In this document: piece by piece, positions 40,228 through 55,000 of the stretch
Position numbering within the stretch: the first letter of the stretch is position 1
Layout of the letters: each line of letters begins with the position of its first letter
Assembly (NCBI RefSeq): GCF_009914755.1
Contig: NC_060948.1
Strand: one strand, 5' to 3'
Source of the DNA: the human T2T-CHM13v2.0 reference genome, Homo sapiens
Length of the DNA stretch: 64,000 bases
Notes under the pieces: model-generated
What the model saw: the letters and a program-made list of their open reading frames with translations, nothing else
The model's database searches: none
Told to the model about the DNA's origin: nothing
Program-made: the position numbers and the translations under genes

Positions 40228-40503
40228 TCTCATGTTGTTGCCCAGGCTGGAGAGCAGTGGCACAATCATAGCTTACTGTAGCTTTGATCTTATGGGCTCA
40301 TGTGAATCTCTTGCCTCAGCCTTCTGGGTAAGTGGGACTACAGGTGCACACCATCATGTCTGGCTAATATTTTATATTTTAATTTTTTTTAGTGACTAGA
40401 TCTTGCTCTGTTACGCAGACTGGTCTAACTCCTGGCTTCAAGCAATCCTTTCTCCTCAGTCTTGCATAGTTGGGATTACAGGCCTAGGCCACTGCACCCA
40501 GTT
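40228..40503 (-). mobile_element. AluJ
   Basis: TTGCCCAGGCTGGAGAGCAGTGGCACAATCATAGCTTACTG..GGGATTACAGGC. Confidence 0.85.
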
Positions 40504-41244
40504 TCCCAACGTTTTTCTTCTTTGCATGATACTCTCTGGATCATTTCTTCTCATCTCTTCCCAAGGGTATACGATATCCTTTTTAACTTTTCTGCCCTTA
40601 GGCAGATGCATTCATTTTCTCATTTTGTTTATTTCTCTGATCTAGAAATTTGATTTGATCTTTATTTTTTCATTCTTAATACTTTCTTATTCCTGGCAGA
40701 TGCTTTCCAACTTGTTGTTTTCAAGGTCTTTGAACGCCCTTCAGAAAATTGGTTATCATATATATATCTGGTGACTGCACTATCATAATTCTTTTGGCAT
40801 TTCCACCAGCTTTTGCTGGTGACTTTTTGTTTCTTTCTTCATGGGTTTGGTAATCTTTGTGAATTGGCTGCTGTATTTGCAAATGGATTAAGGGCATCTT
40901 CTGAACCTGTGGACACTGGAATTCAAGGTTCTTTCATTCACTGAGCCATGCTGTTCCCTGAATTTCTTAGATGCTATGAAGGTAGATTACAAGTCCTTGC
41001 AAGACCGAATTTACTTTTGTTTAATGCTTGCCTTCAGGGGGAAACCTACAAGGTAGGAAAATGTTAGAGGTGAGTATATTAGATTGTATACCTTCAGGAG
41101 TGACTACGGTTTGAGAATTGTCCCATTATCTGCTGATGCTGCAAGAACCCTAACTATTTCTTCAAGATTGGAACAGTGCACTAAGGCAAAGGCTGCACTG
41201 TGTGCCAGGCGTCTAGATAGACCATCATTTGGTCATCAGTGTTT

Positions 41245-41472
41245 TTTGTTTATTTGGTTGGTTGATTGGTTGTTTTGAGGCAGGGTCTCTCTGTCACCAT
41301 GCTGGAATGTAGTAGCATGATCATGGTTCATTGTTGCCTCAAACTCCCAGGCTGAAGACTTACTCCCACCACAGCCTCCCCAGTAGCTTAGACCACAGAT
41401 GTTTGCCACCAGGACTGGCTAATTTTTAAAAACTTTTTGTAGACACAAGGTTTCACCATGTTGCCCAGGCTG
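41245..41472 (-). mobile_element. Truncated AluJ
   Basis: GAGGCAGGGTCTCTCTGTCACC..CACCATGTTGCCCAGGCTG; TCATCAGT on both sides. Confidence 0.8.
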
Positions 41473-41825
41473 TGATCATCAGTTTTGAAGCTATAATCTT
41501 AAATATAATTTTAGCACTGAAATGCTTTTAAGAGACTTTTCAAAAATCACACATATTACAACCCACTTTCAATTAGAAGGTTGGTCTGAATGATCTTCTC
41601 TGTTACTGCTAGATGTAGACTTCTGATTTCCGCTGATATCCACAGAAATGACTAGGTAGAACATGAATTTATAGAGATAATTCAAATATCTTATTAGCAC
41701 TCCATTATCTCAAGAGCAGTTCTGAGTTCAGAGAATCATGACTTTCTTTTACAGGCATTAAAATAAGTTAAATCAGCAATATTATTTCTAACAACTAACA
41801 CTTCAAAGAAATGTCAGACAGTTAA

Positions 41826-42231
<406 letters not shown>

Positions 42232-43299
42232 AAAAAGATATTAACATTTTTCTCTGAAGCACTGAGTCATACTTTTGTTTTTTCACAAGATTTTTTACAC
42301 TTTTCAATTAGTATGTGAGTGTTCCTCAGGAAATGCATGTTTGGCTATTTTGCTGTTTTAGAGTGTTTCATCTTTGAAATGCATGATTAAAAGCCATTTT
42401 AGAAATTAACACGAGTGTGTTTAAATACAAATTATGAAGCCAGTGTTTTGTTTCAAACTTAGGGATATAATCTTTTTTTTCCAAGAAAATGCTCTCATTT
42501 ATATATACATGAGGTTATGTAAGACTTTTAAAGATTGATGATGGATTTAGTGCCAGCTGTTGATTAGTATGTCTGCAATGGATCTACAATATGGCAATAA
42601 CACTAGGTACTATGCAGAGTTACTGTGAATAATAAATAAGACACGATGTATATAATTCACCTAGCAGACTTATTTGTATACTATAATTATTCAATAAATA
42701 ATGGCCCTTGTGGTTATTTATCTATTGATAGATATTTATGTTGATTTATCTACTGATCAGTCCTATAGCAGTAAATTTATCTTTAAAATCTAGACACATT
42801 AGGAAAGAACAATGTTAGATTTTATGTCAAAAATAAAATTTCTTAGTGTACTAAAATAATATATTTTTTCTATTAATGCAAGTTAGGCTTTTATATTGAT
42901 TATTTTGAATATTTTACTATGCTTGGTATGTTTTAAAAATTTAGTAGTTCTTAATGCAATTCTACTTTTAAAAACTTTTTCATTATCTAGTAAGATTTAC
43001 TAGTGATTAATTTTAATTTGGTAGACATGAAAAATACACACCAGTTTTTCACACACAATCATAAATCCTGTACATCATATTGGTGAAGCGGGAACTAAAC
43101 TGCATCAAATTTCCACTAAATAATAGAAGAGCAATCTATGATGTAATTGAAATGTTAATAAATATTGTAGAAATGGGAAATTTTCAGAATGTTCAGATTT
43201 GTCAAGAGAATCTCAAAGCGTGACACTTTTCTGTAATCTGTCATAGATAAATCAGGTCTTTTGTTATGTTGTTTTTCTCTTTTTATTTCCAATTCATCA

Positions 43300-43800
43300 C
43301 AAAAATATACTTTGGTTTATGAATATGTAAACTATAGAGTAGTAAATTTGACAAAGTCTACGTGTTGAAAACTACATTCGACCACTGAGGGACACTGATG
43401 AAGGCTTAAACAAATGGAGAAAAGACTGTATTCACAAACACGACACCCTCCTAAGAAGATACAATATTGTTAATATATTTATTTTGTACAAATTAATCTA
43501 CAGACTCATTGCAATCCCAAATGAAATAATGGTAGACTTTTAGAAAATACATAAATTAACAAGATGAATTTAAAATTTAAATCAAAATACAAAGGATGTG
43601 CAGTAGCCAAACATCTTTGTAGGAGTAGAACATATTGGGAGGACTCCTGCTACTTGACCTCAAGACTTAGTGTGGAGCTATACTGATTGAAACAGGGTAT
43701 TATTCATATAAAGATAGACAAACAGATCACTATCACAGACTGGAGACTCCACATGGAACTACACATATATGGACAATGAATTTTCCAAAGAAATACAAAG
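43300..43800 (+). mobile_element. Old L1M ORF2 fragment
   Basis: AAATTAATCTACAGACTCATTGCAATCCCAA..TTGGAGGACTCCTGCTACTTGACCTCAAGACTTA. Confidence 0.7.
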
Positions 43801-44494
43801 GCTTATCTTTTCAAATCCAACTGGAAGCAAGCAGCTTTAGTTATATTATAAAATTTCCACTAACTAGAATATTCTTGGGTAAAAATGAAGTGTCACCTAA
43901 ATGGAATTTTCAAACTTGCACCCTATGTCTGAACACGATTCTTTTTCAGTCAGGCATGTAGTTATTGAGGACACATTTCTCAGCTGTGCATACATCCCAT
44001 CCAGTCCCATCCATAGATGTATTGAAAGCATGTGCTTACTGCAAGAGCAATGCACTAGCCTTTTTCCTAGAGTTGGGTCTCCAAAGAAAGGGCCTTTACT
44101 CAGAGTATCTGCCCAGGGTACAAGATTGACTTAAAACCAGTGTTAACAACACACATGGTACTCTGAACCATCTGCTGGAGGACCTCCCTGTGTCTGACAC
44201 AGTCTATCTATTGAATGTCATGGAAAAGATTGATGGTTGAAGCAAATCACTTTATGCAGTTAGAAAAAGACCATGCTGATCTTTCAGTTTTTGAGCCACA
44301 TCTACCTAATCCACAGTCAGATTTGTCAGCCTCAGCACTACTGATATTTGGGACTTCATAATTCTTTGCTTTGTTAGGCTTGTCCTGCGCATTGTAAATG
44401 TTCACAGTCCAGATACCAGTACATAAATAGATACAGTTTTTACCAATTAAAATAAATAATTAAAAAATCATCTTTACAGGTAAAAATAATAAGC

Positions 44495-44797
44495 AGCCAG
44501 ACACAGTGGCTTATGCCTGTAATCCCAACATTTTGGGAAGCCAAGGCTGGAGGATCTTATTAGCCTGGGATTTTGATACCAGCCTGTGTCATATAGTTAG
44601 ATTTGCCTCTAAAAAAACATAAAAAATTAGCTGCTGGGCATGGTGGTACATGCCTATAGTCCCAGCTACACAGGAGACAGAGGTGATAGGATCACTTGAG
44701 CTCAGGAGTTCAAGGCTACAGTGAGCTATTGATGATTCCACCACAGTCCGCTGTAGGTGACAGAGCAAGACCCTGTCTCCAAAAATAAAAAATAAGT
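44495..44797 (+). mobile_element. AluJ
   Basis: GGATCACTTGAGCTCAGGAGTTCAAGGCTACAGTGAGCTA. Confidence 0.88.
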
Positions 44798-46261
44798 AAG
44801 CTAAATACTTTTGAATTGAAAAAAATGTATTCTGTAAGAGATATCTGATAATCACCTACTATGACCATGTTTTCATCCTTCAAGGATTTCAAACTATTAT
44901 AAAAATCTTCTAAACCTCTATCTCTTTAGTTTAAATTACTTACATGAATTTAATGCTCCAGTATGTGACAACAATTATTGATTTTAAAAAATAATAGATC
45001 TGTTTTGATATTCCTTTACCAATATTCCTCATGTTTGTGAGAAAATATGAGGCAGTGCAGTTGACTGCATTTGTATGTATTTAATATCATGAGCAAGTGG
45101 GAAAAATTCAGAAGTGGCACCGAGTTGATCATCTCTGTTATCATCATGAGAAGGATGCACAATGTGAACATTCTGCCATAGGGCTTGTCTCTGTAAAGTG
45201 CAGGTCGAGGGGCATGAAGAGCTTCTACTATTTTTAAAAACATCTTTCTGAACAGATAATGGAGGCTTAACTGTAGTGTAAACACGCTAATGCACAAATC
45301 TTGAAAAATGTAAAATAAACTGTGTTGAGATTAGAGGTGATCTATTCACATTTGAAGGATAGAAAATATGCCTACCAGCCATAAAAGGGGTGCATTTACT
45401 TTTATTTTTGAGAACAGCATGAGAGCAGAAAGACACATTAACAAAAGGGTAAGAGTCTTCAGAGCAGATTACTCCCACTTGAAAAAAATGAGTTAAGTGA
45501 TTTTACAGCAGGAAAGATATTTGCAGCAAGAAGTTTCATTAGTCACCAAATGAGGTTTCTCTGACATATATTTTCACAGAATGTGAAGCATGAGGAACAA
45601 TAAAATTTCTATATTTTTCTTGTGTTTATTCATTTGGCTGGAAGATTCCCTTCCCTAGCCTTCTGGAAGTTTCAGTCTTCTAATCTGATTTAGTGACCTT
45701 TGTTCACTAGGAAGAACATAGTCCATTTACGTTTGCCAAAGAGTATTTACATGTATTTGCAGTTTAAACAGGAAACATTCTAAAAAATAGAGGGTGTGTT
45801 TGTTGAAAACATTATGACTATTAAAGTCAGAGAAGTTACCTAAAACAGAAGATGCTCAGAGTTTGAAACTGGATGGTTATTAATAGATGCTTCTTTGTGT
45901 TGACTGGAGTTTAACTGCCAGTCCTTTCTTAAGCCAAGAGATTTTCCCAAAAGAAACACTTCAGTTGTAGGCCCAGTAAAGAAACTGGAATCTGCTTTAT
46001 GAATTGGCAATAAAAAGAAAAGGTGGGGAGGATAGGTGAAGAAAAGAGAGAGGGAGTCTTCAGATAGGAAACCCCCCTTGCTTCCCTTGGAGTCTCATCT
46101 TAAGATTTAAATTAAATTGAAGACCATATTAAGGAATAGAAAATATCAGGATTTTTCTTTGTGACACATAATCAACTTTATCTCTCAAACAATTTACATG
46201 ATGACTTACAGAACGACTGCATGATGTTGATTCTACAAAAGATGACTGAATTCATTAGGAC

Positions 46262-46793
46262 TACTCATTTGTCTTCAGTTATACTTTCTGCAGTTTCAAT
46301 TATCTATGGTCATCCATGGTCAGCAGAAAATTCCAGAAATAAACAGTGCATCAGTTTTACATTGCCCTTGGTTCTGAATAGCATGATGAAATCCCCAGCA
46401 GTCCTGCTCCCTCCCAATCCATCCTGTCCAGCCAGTGAATCCTCCCTTTGTTTGGCATCTCCATGCTGGTAAGGCTGCCTGATCTTTAGTCATTTAGTAG
46501 TCTTCTCAGTGACCAGATCTGTCATGTTACTGCTGTGTTTGTGCTCAAGTAACCCTTATTTCACTTAACAATGGTCCCAAAGTGCAAGAGTAGTGATGCT
46601 GGCATATTTTTACAATTATCCTACTGTATTGTTAGCTATTATTATTAATCTCCTACTGTGCCTAATTGATAAATTAAGCCTTTTCATAGGCATATATGTA
46701 TAAGAAAATGCATAGTACATACAGGGTTCAGTACTATCTGTGTTTTCAGGTATCCACTGTGGGTCTTGGTACATACATAACAGAAGACTACTG
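46262..46793. mobile_element. MER44/Tigger-type DNA transposon relic
   Basis: GAAAATTCCAGAAATAAACA..AGCATGATGAAATC..GGTTCAGTACTATCTGTGTTTTCAGGTATCCACTG..GACTACTG. Confidence 0.7.
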
Positions 46794-46809
46794 CTGTCCA
46801 CATTTGTAG

Positions 46810-47515
46810 CAATGATCACCTTTCTTTCATTGTGCAATGGCATATTTCTCATTTGCCTCTGATGGCTCATATAAATGGAGTTTTCTGTCCATATTTCTAG
46901 TGTCATTCTGTTCAAAGTTGCATAGGTCTTCCTTACGATGATTAAGGTTTTCTCTGCAGCCCTTATCTTTTTCCTGAGCTCTCATTAGAATCACCTTCGA
47001 CGTTCTACTCATGGCTTCATAGGCTCTGTCGACCATACACTTCAAAACTCTTTCAGATTCTACTTATTACCCAATTCCAGAGCTGCTTCTGAATTTGTAG
47101 GTGTCTGTTATCTCAATACCACACTCTCAGGACCAATTTCTGTCTTAGGTCATTCAGGCTGCTATGATGAAATAACATAATCTGGGATGGGGTGGGAGGT
47201 GGGTTGTAAAAAACTGACATTTATTTCTCACAGTTCTGGAGGCTAGTAATCCAAGATGAAGGTACTGGAAGTTTCAGTCTCTTGACAGCCCACTTCCTAG
47301 TCCACAGACAGCAACTTCTCCCTGTGTCCCCACATGGGAAAAGGGTGAGGGGCTCTTTGAGATCTCTTCTTTAAGGGCACTAAGCTCATTCATGAGCACT
47401 CCATACTCAGGATCTAATGACCTCTCAAATACACATCCTCCTAATACCATCTCCTGGGAAAGGGAGTTTAGGATTTTAAGGTTGAATTTGAGGAGAATGC
47501 TAACATTTAGTCTAT
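46810..47515 (-). mobile_element. MLT1A-type LTR (about 47141-47515) with adjoining internal-sequence remnant
   Basis: ATTTATTTCTCACAGTTCTGGAGGCT..TAAGGGCACTAA..CCTCCTAATACCATC. Confidence 0.75.
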
Positions 47516-50500
47516 AAAAGAAGACAGTACAGGAAAACTACAGAAATCAATAAACTCAGCTATTGTTTTGATTAAAATAGAGCCAAGTGCATTTTTGTTT
47601 TACATGTTTTACTTTATATTTGTTATTATTCTTCTAACAAACAAATACACATAGTGATAGTTAATTCTTCCATGATGTTTTTGAAAATGTGTTGTTCTGC
47701 ATTGGCTATAAGTCTCCTCTCTGACTTTGAAGACCTTGGAAAGCTGCCAAATATCTCAGAACTTGTTATCTTGAGTCTTAAAGTGAATAAAATGACCTCA
47801 GTACTACCTGCCTTATAAAATGCTCTGCCAATTAATGCATACAGTATGCATATACTTTGAACCAAGTATGTTTTGAGACTGCAGGTTTGGATGTTATTGG
47901 AATACACTTGACTCTATATTTCTTTTTATGGAAACAGATATACACACTTAATGTCAAATAGTTTGGATCTTTTTATGAGCTAATATGATTAGCTAATGTG
48001 ATTAGTAGAATAAGCAGTCTCTTTCCATCTTAGTTTGTGTATCTGCCTTCTCCTAGAACTCAACACAAAATGAGCTTCATGATTCACATTTATGCTAACA
48101 TGGAGACAGAACCACCTTGTGCAAAACAGGTAAAAGCAGGTATAAGATGCCATAAAGGGAAATGAGACTGAATGTGTTCAATTTCGCTTTGTTTGGCTTA
48201 TCATGTATCATAGAAATGTGCTCCTACATGCAGTAGAAACAAAAACATCCCTTAACACTCTGTTTGAGCAGTTCAAAATCATATTTTTTATGTTGTGCGA
48301 GTTTCAGGTGATAAATCCTCTTCAAGATACATCAGGGGTTCACAAAAATGTAAAAAATATGTTCAAAGTTTGAACTGACTCATATTTTTAGCATTCATGG
48401 CAAAGAACTGCTTTTCTAGCCTTAATAGGTTTTCAAATGGACTTTGATGTGTTAGTAAATCAGAATTAGCTTTTTCTTTTTAAGCTCCTGTGTCTTATGT
48501 AAATGGCTGTGTTGACTTTTAAGGAATTGAATATTCCAGAAAATGTCATGGAACCTAAAACAACGTAACATTCTGATTTTTAGATCTTAAAGGGATATGG
48601 TGTTAAATATAGCTTTTGATACCCATCCAACCTGTGCAAAGTTTTCTCTGTACATGTGACTTTCAAATTTGAGAATTTAGTATGTCAGTGAAGGGAAATC
48701 TGTATACCTGCTGAAAACAAAATAGAAATAGAAATTCTGAAGGAATTATTGTAATTTACTTAAATAAGAACTGTAAGTAGTCAAAGACTATTAGTGGAAT
48801 GACAATAGATTTCTTTTGAGACCTTCAAAACCTTTTTACTACCAAAACAGCTGTTATATTCTGAAAGGCAGTCTCTCTTTACAAAAAGCATTATCCAGAA
48901 CTTTAACTTATTTTCACAAAGAACATTCTACAAAATTAGTGTACCTTTGTTTAAAAATAAGATTCTCCTACCTGAGGTCTGAAATTTATTATTAATGTGA
49001 ATATTTTAAGCATTTTTAGAAGAAAATAATTTTGTAAAAGATGTAAGTTATGAAAAATACCACAGTGAAGTACAACATTCACAAACTTACTGGAACCTTG
49101 TCCTAAAAATGAACTAATTATTGGATCATATGGCAAACTGGTTAAGAAGGATAAGAAATTACTTTATATCATTAAAAACCATATGACTATCCACCTGCGC
49201 TTCTAAAACTTTTTCCTGTTACGTTCTGCTATTTTACTTAGAATTTTTGTCCATTACACTATTATTTTAGGTTAAGGAACAATGTGTTTAGACAGTTGCT
49301 CATTAAAGTACTAAACAGAAAAGGTAGTAGATTAAGCTTTTCACCCACAATTTATATATTATCTTATAATGTGTGAGAGACAACAGCATAATAAAGATAA
49401 ATTCTTCATCAGTCTTAGTAACAATAGGGCACTTTTTGCTTTTATGCCTCTCATTTTATTTAAATTCCTTTGTGAAATTATGTAAGTTCTTTGAAATATT
49501 GCTTTAAAATATATTTAGTTTTTAACATATTTTAAAAATATGGAAATGTATAACATGTGAAATTTCCCTATCAGCGTTTCCTGTATATTTTCTCCAGCTT
49601 TGTCTTGAATTACAGACAGATATTGTACAACTATACCACCCACCCACACAAATTTATTCATTTACACATATTTCTTTTTAGTGCTGTTTTGCAAAATTGG
49701 GATATTAATTATACTTCTCTGCAACTTGCTTTACTTACTATTTTTATTTTTTTCTATCTTTTTGCAGCTTTGTGATAATCCCAAGCATTAAGACACATTA
49801 TAATGTCAGTGGAATAAATTAGACAATACAGTGCCAATTAACTAAGGTTTCCAGAGGCAACTCTTTTTGTTATTGATACAATGCAAATACAAGTTTTTCA
49901 TGCAGGGCTGCCAGGGCCCTGGAGTAGAAATCTAAATCATAACCAAAACAAACATTATCACCACATAGAAAGTAACAAAAAACATTTCATGTGGGTTTGG
50001 AGTATTTGAATAATATTTTAATAATTAGGTTTTAAAGCAGAAACTGACAGCTTTGTCTACTTCACCCATCCTGTGGTGTCAGATGCAGGTTATGGATCTG
50101 GCTGACAGGGAAATTGAGGTAGGAAAATAAAATAAACAAAATGATATTATGTACCTGTGCTTTGGTTTAAGGATGATAAAATTATTTAACCTTATGTCCA
50201 CATTCCTGGAGTGGTTCCTTACCCCTACCTAAGAAAATCCACCTCTTACTTCTTCAACTGTTCAGATCTCAATCAACACAGCTTTTTGTCATTAGCATGC
50301 TGGAAATGCATTGTTTTCATGAAATGAATTACTAGTTACATCAAAATGAATATTAGCATGAACTCTCATTGGCCCATAATGTTAAAATATTCAAAATATA
50401 TGAATTGGCTAAAATAATTTACAGAAAATCCCTACAGTGGCATTATCAAGGTACAAAAATCCAGAGGTGTCTTTGCCTTTGACCTGGTCCAATGCCCATG

Positions 50501-52046
50501 GCTTGAAGTCTCTTTAGCCCTACATTCAGATGTTGACACAGGAGAATTTCTCATTACCTGATGCTGACTGAAAAAGATAAAAGAACATCACTTATTTTGT
50601 CCTTAGAGGACTGAAAGGCAGAGAAGCTACAAATAGAAGTTGTACCTCAAAATTTTTGAAACAATACATATGAACTGTTTTGCATCTGCTGTGGGGGTCT
50701 GATGAATGACAATGTATGTAACACATTTGGCTCTGAGACACACAGGATGAAATATAGGTGGAGAGAAGGAATTAATAACCATCACTCATCTCCTTTTTCT
50801 GAGGTTACTTTTACCTACCAAAATGAACCTAAAAATTTTACCTGAACAAATTGGCTCAGATAGATTGCAACATTGACTTTATTGTTTGTCCTAGGGCTGC
50901 CCCTGGGCTGAACCTAATGAAACTCAGGCGGGTTATATGAAAACTGCAATAGCCTGTATCTCTACACTTTCTGCAACCTGGTTTCTGCACAGAGAAATGC
51001 TGCATGTGTTTGCTGTAGGCAAATCTTAAATAAACCATGACCCCACAAGAAGAAGAGAATGATGTGCAGAAATACTTTAGGGAAGGGATAAGATGGCAAT
51101 TTTGAATGGGAGCCCACAGGGTACAAGTACTCATATTCCATTACCAACTTCAGAAGCTTAATTACTTTGGAAAACCATTTTTCACCTTATTTTAGTAATA
51201 TGTCAAGCATTTCAGGTGGTCTGCAAAAGCCGTATAGCCCATGGTCTTAGCCTACCTCGTCAAACATCAGGCAGAAACACTTTCTAAACCCATTAAAAAG
51301 AGTCAAGCAGGAAATTGTGAGTATATAGTATTAAGGAGATGGACTTGCTATTCTTAAATTTATAGAAAAAAAAATTCTGTATTTTCTTCGTCAATCTCCA
51401 CTTAATGACAGATTTGTTTTTTATAAAAAGATGCATGACAGATAATACTTATTTAAACTTACAGCGGTAAACACGATGAAATATTCTTGTTTTTATCCAG
51501 ACATCTGTAAGAATTTCAGAATTATTACCCTTGACAAATTCATGTATGACTTTTTTTGTGGAAATCTTCAACTTTTGTTCTCACTGCTCCCTGTCTTCCC
51601 CCACCAACAAACCCTGAATACGTGGGAATTTCTCACAAGCTATTATTTAACTGCATTCCACATGTCCATCAGATGTCCTACACAAGATGGGTTAAATCAA
51701 AGCTTTTTCTTTGTGGGAGAAGATAACAACTGTTTTATATTAAATGCATAAAAATTTTTCTCAATACTACAGGGTGATAAAGACAAGAAAAGGCCACTTT
51801 AAAAGGGAGCCATTTGAAAAAATAAAATAAGGCAGAAATGCTTCACTTTCCTACCCAATATGGAAATAATTTTGCAAAAACTAAACTCTAATGATGGAAT
51901 TAAATTTATTTTATATTGAGTAAAAGTTACGTTATGCATGAAGCAACATAAAAATTTTTGGACAACAAAGAGTGATTCAGGACAACATAGTCACTACTGC
52001 TCTTGGTGTGGTTTTTAGGGGGTTGCATAATTGGTGAGTTCCTTAC

Positions 52047-55000
52047 CATCACCTCACCTGGGAAGAGAAAGGGGTCAGGGAACTCCATCCCCTACCCAAG
52101 GGAAGCCCTGAGGAGTGTGCTGTGAGGAACACTGCACTCCAGCCCAGATACTAAGCTTTTCCTATGGTCTTTGCAAGCCCCATACCTTAGGAGATTCCCT
52201 AAGTTCCCACCAGGGCCCTAGGTTTCAAGCAAAAAACTGGGCAGCCATTTGGGCAGACACCAAGCTAGCAGCAGGATTTTTTTTTTCATACCCAGGTGGC
52301 ACCTAGGACCCCATTGAGACAGAACCATTTACTCTCCTGGAAAGAGGGCTGAAGCCAGGGAGCCAAGTAGTGTAGCTCAGCAGATCACACCCACACAGAG
52401 CCCAGCAAGCTAAGATCCACTGACTTGAAATTCTCACTACCAGCACAGAAGCCTGAAGCCAACCTGGGATGCTGTGGCTTGGTGTGGGGAGGGGCGCCTG
52501 CCATTACTGAGGCTTGAGTAGGCGGTTTTCCCCTCACAGTGTAAACAAAGCCTCTGGACAGTTAGAACTCATCGGAGTCCACCCACAGCTGGGCAAAACC
52601 ACTGTAGCCAGACTGCCTCTCTATATTCCTCCTCTCTGGGCAGGGCAACTGTGAAAAGAAGGCAGCAACCCCAGTCAGGGGACTATAGATAAAACTGCCA
52701 TCTCCCTGGGATAGAGCACCTAGGGAAAGGGACAGCAGTGGGCACAGCTTTAGCAGACTTGAACATTCCTGCCTGCTGGCTCTGAAGAGAGCAGTGGATC
52801 TGCCAGCACAGCGTTCAAGCTCTGCTAAGCAACAGACTACCTCCTCAAGTGGGTCCCTGACCCCCAGGCCTCTTGACTGGGAGACACCTCCAAGTACAGT
52901 TTGACAAACACCTCACACAGGAGAGATCTAACTGGCATCTGGTGGTTGCCCCTCTGTGACAAAGCTCCCAGAGGAAGGAAGAGGCAACAATCTTTGCTGT
53001 GCTGCAGCCTCCACCAGTGATACCCACGCAAACAGGGACTGGAGTGGACCTCCAGCACGCCCCAGCAGACCTGCAACAGAGGGACATGACTGGTAGAAGA
53101 AAACCTAACAAACAGAAAGGAATACCATCACCACCAACAAAAAGGACACCCACACAAAAACCTCATCCAAAAGTCACCAACATCAAAAACCAAAGGTAGA
53201 TAAATTCCTGAATTTGAGGAAAAACCAGCGCAAAAAGCCTGAAAATTCCAAAACCAGAATGCCTCTTCTTCTCCAAAGGATCACAACTTCTCACCAGCAA
53301 GAGAACAAAACTGGATGGAGAATGAGTTTGATGAACTGACCAAAGTAGGCTTCAGGAGCTAGGTAATAATAAACTCTTCTGAGCTAAAGGAGCATGTTCT
53401 AATCCAATGCAAAGAAGCTGAGGACATTGAAAAAAGGTTAGAGGAATTGCTAACTAGAATAACCAGTATAGAGAAGACCATAAAAGACCTGATGGAGCTG
53501 AAAAACACAGCATGAGAACTTCGTGAAGCATACACAAGTGTCAATAGCCAAATTGATCATACAAAGGAAAGGATATCAGAGATTGAAGATCAACTTAATG
53601 AAATAAAGCATAAAGACAAGATTAGAGGAAAAAAGAAGGAAAATGAATGAGCAAATCCCCCAAGAAACATAAGACCATGTGAGAAGGCCAAACCTACATT
53701 TGCTTGGTGTACCTGAAAGTGACAGCGAGAATGGAACCAAGTGGGAAACACTCTTCAGGGTATTATCTAGGAGAACTTCAGCAACCTAGCAAGACAGGCC
53801 AACATTCAAATTCAGGAAATATAGAGATCAAAGATACTCCTTGAAAAAAGGAACTCCAAGACATATAATCATCAGATTCACCAAGGTTGAAATGAAGGAA
53901 GTAATGTTAAGGGCAGCCAGAGAGAAAGTCTGGGTTACTCAAAAAGGGAAGCCCATCAGACAAACAGTGGATCTCTATGCAGAAACCCTACAAGCCAGAA
54001 CTGGCTTGTAGGGTTTATTCAACATTCTTAAAGAAAAGAATTTTCAACCCAGAATTTCTTATCCAACCAAAGTAATCTACATAAGTGAATGAGAAATAAA
54101 ATTCCTTACAGACAAGCAAATGCTGAGCGATTTTGTCACCACCAGGTCTGCCTTACAAGAGCACCTGAAGGAAGCACTAAATAAGGAGAGGAAAAACCAG
54201 TACTAGCCACTGCAGAAACATACCAAAATATAAAGTCCTGAGACACTGTGAAGAAACAGCATGAACTAGCAAAATAAGCAGCTAGCATCATAAGGACAGG
54301 ATCAGATTCACAGATAACTATATTAACCTTAAATGTAAACAGGCTAAATGCCCCAACTAAGATACACAGACTGGCAAATTGGATAAAAAATCAAGACCTA
54401 TCCGGTGTGCTATATTCAGGAGACCCATCTCATGAGCAAAGATAACATATAGGCTCACAATAAAGGGATGGAGGAAACCAATGAGAATGCTGACACAATG
54501 TACCAGAATCTCTGATCTCTGGGACACAACTAAAGCATTGTATAGAGGGAAATTTATACCACTAAATACCCGCAGTAGAAAGTGGGAAAGGTCTAAAGTC
54601 AACAACCTAACATCACAATTGAAAGAACTAAAGAAACAAGAGCAAGCAAATTCAAAAGCTAGCAGAAGACAAGAAATAGCTAAGATCACGGCAGAACTAA
54701 AGGAGATAGAGACATGAAAAACCCTTCAAAATATCAATGAATCCAGGAGCTGATATTTGACAAGATTATCAAAATAGATAGACTGCTAGCTAGACTAATG
54801 AAGAAGAAAATAGAGAAGAATTAAATAGACACAGTAAAAGTAATAAAAGGGACATCACCACTGATCCCAAAGAAATACCAACTACCATCTGAGAATACTA
54901 TAAACAGCTCTACACAAATGAACTAAAACATCTACAAGAAATTGATAAATTCCTGGACACACACATCCTCCTGAGACTAAACCAGGAAGAAGTTGAATCC

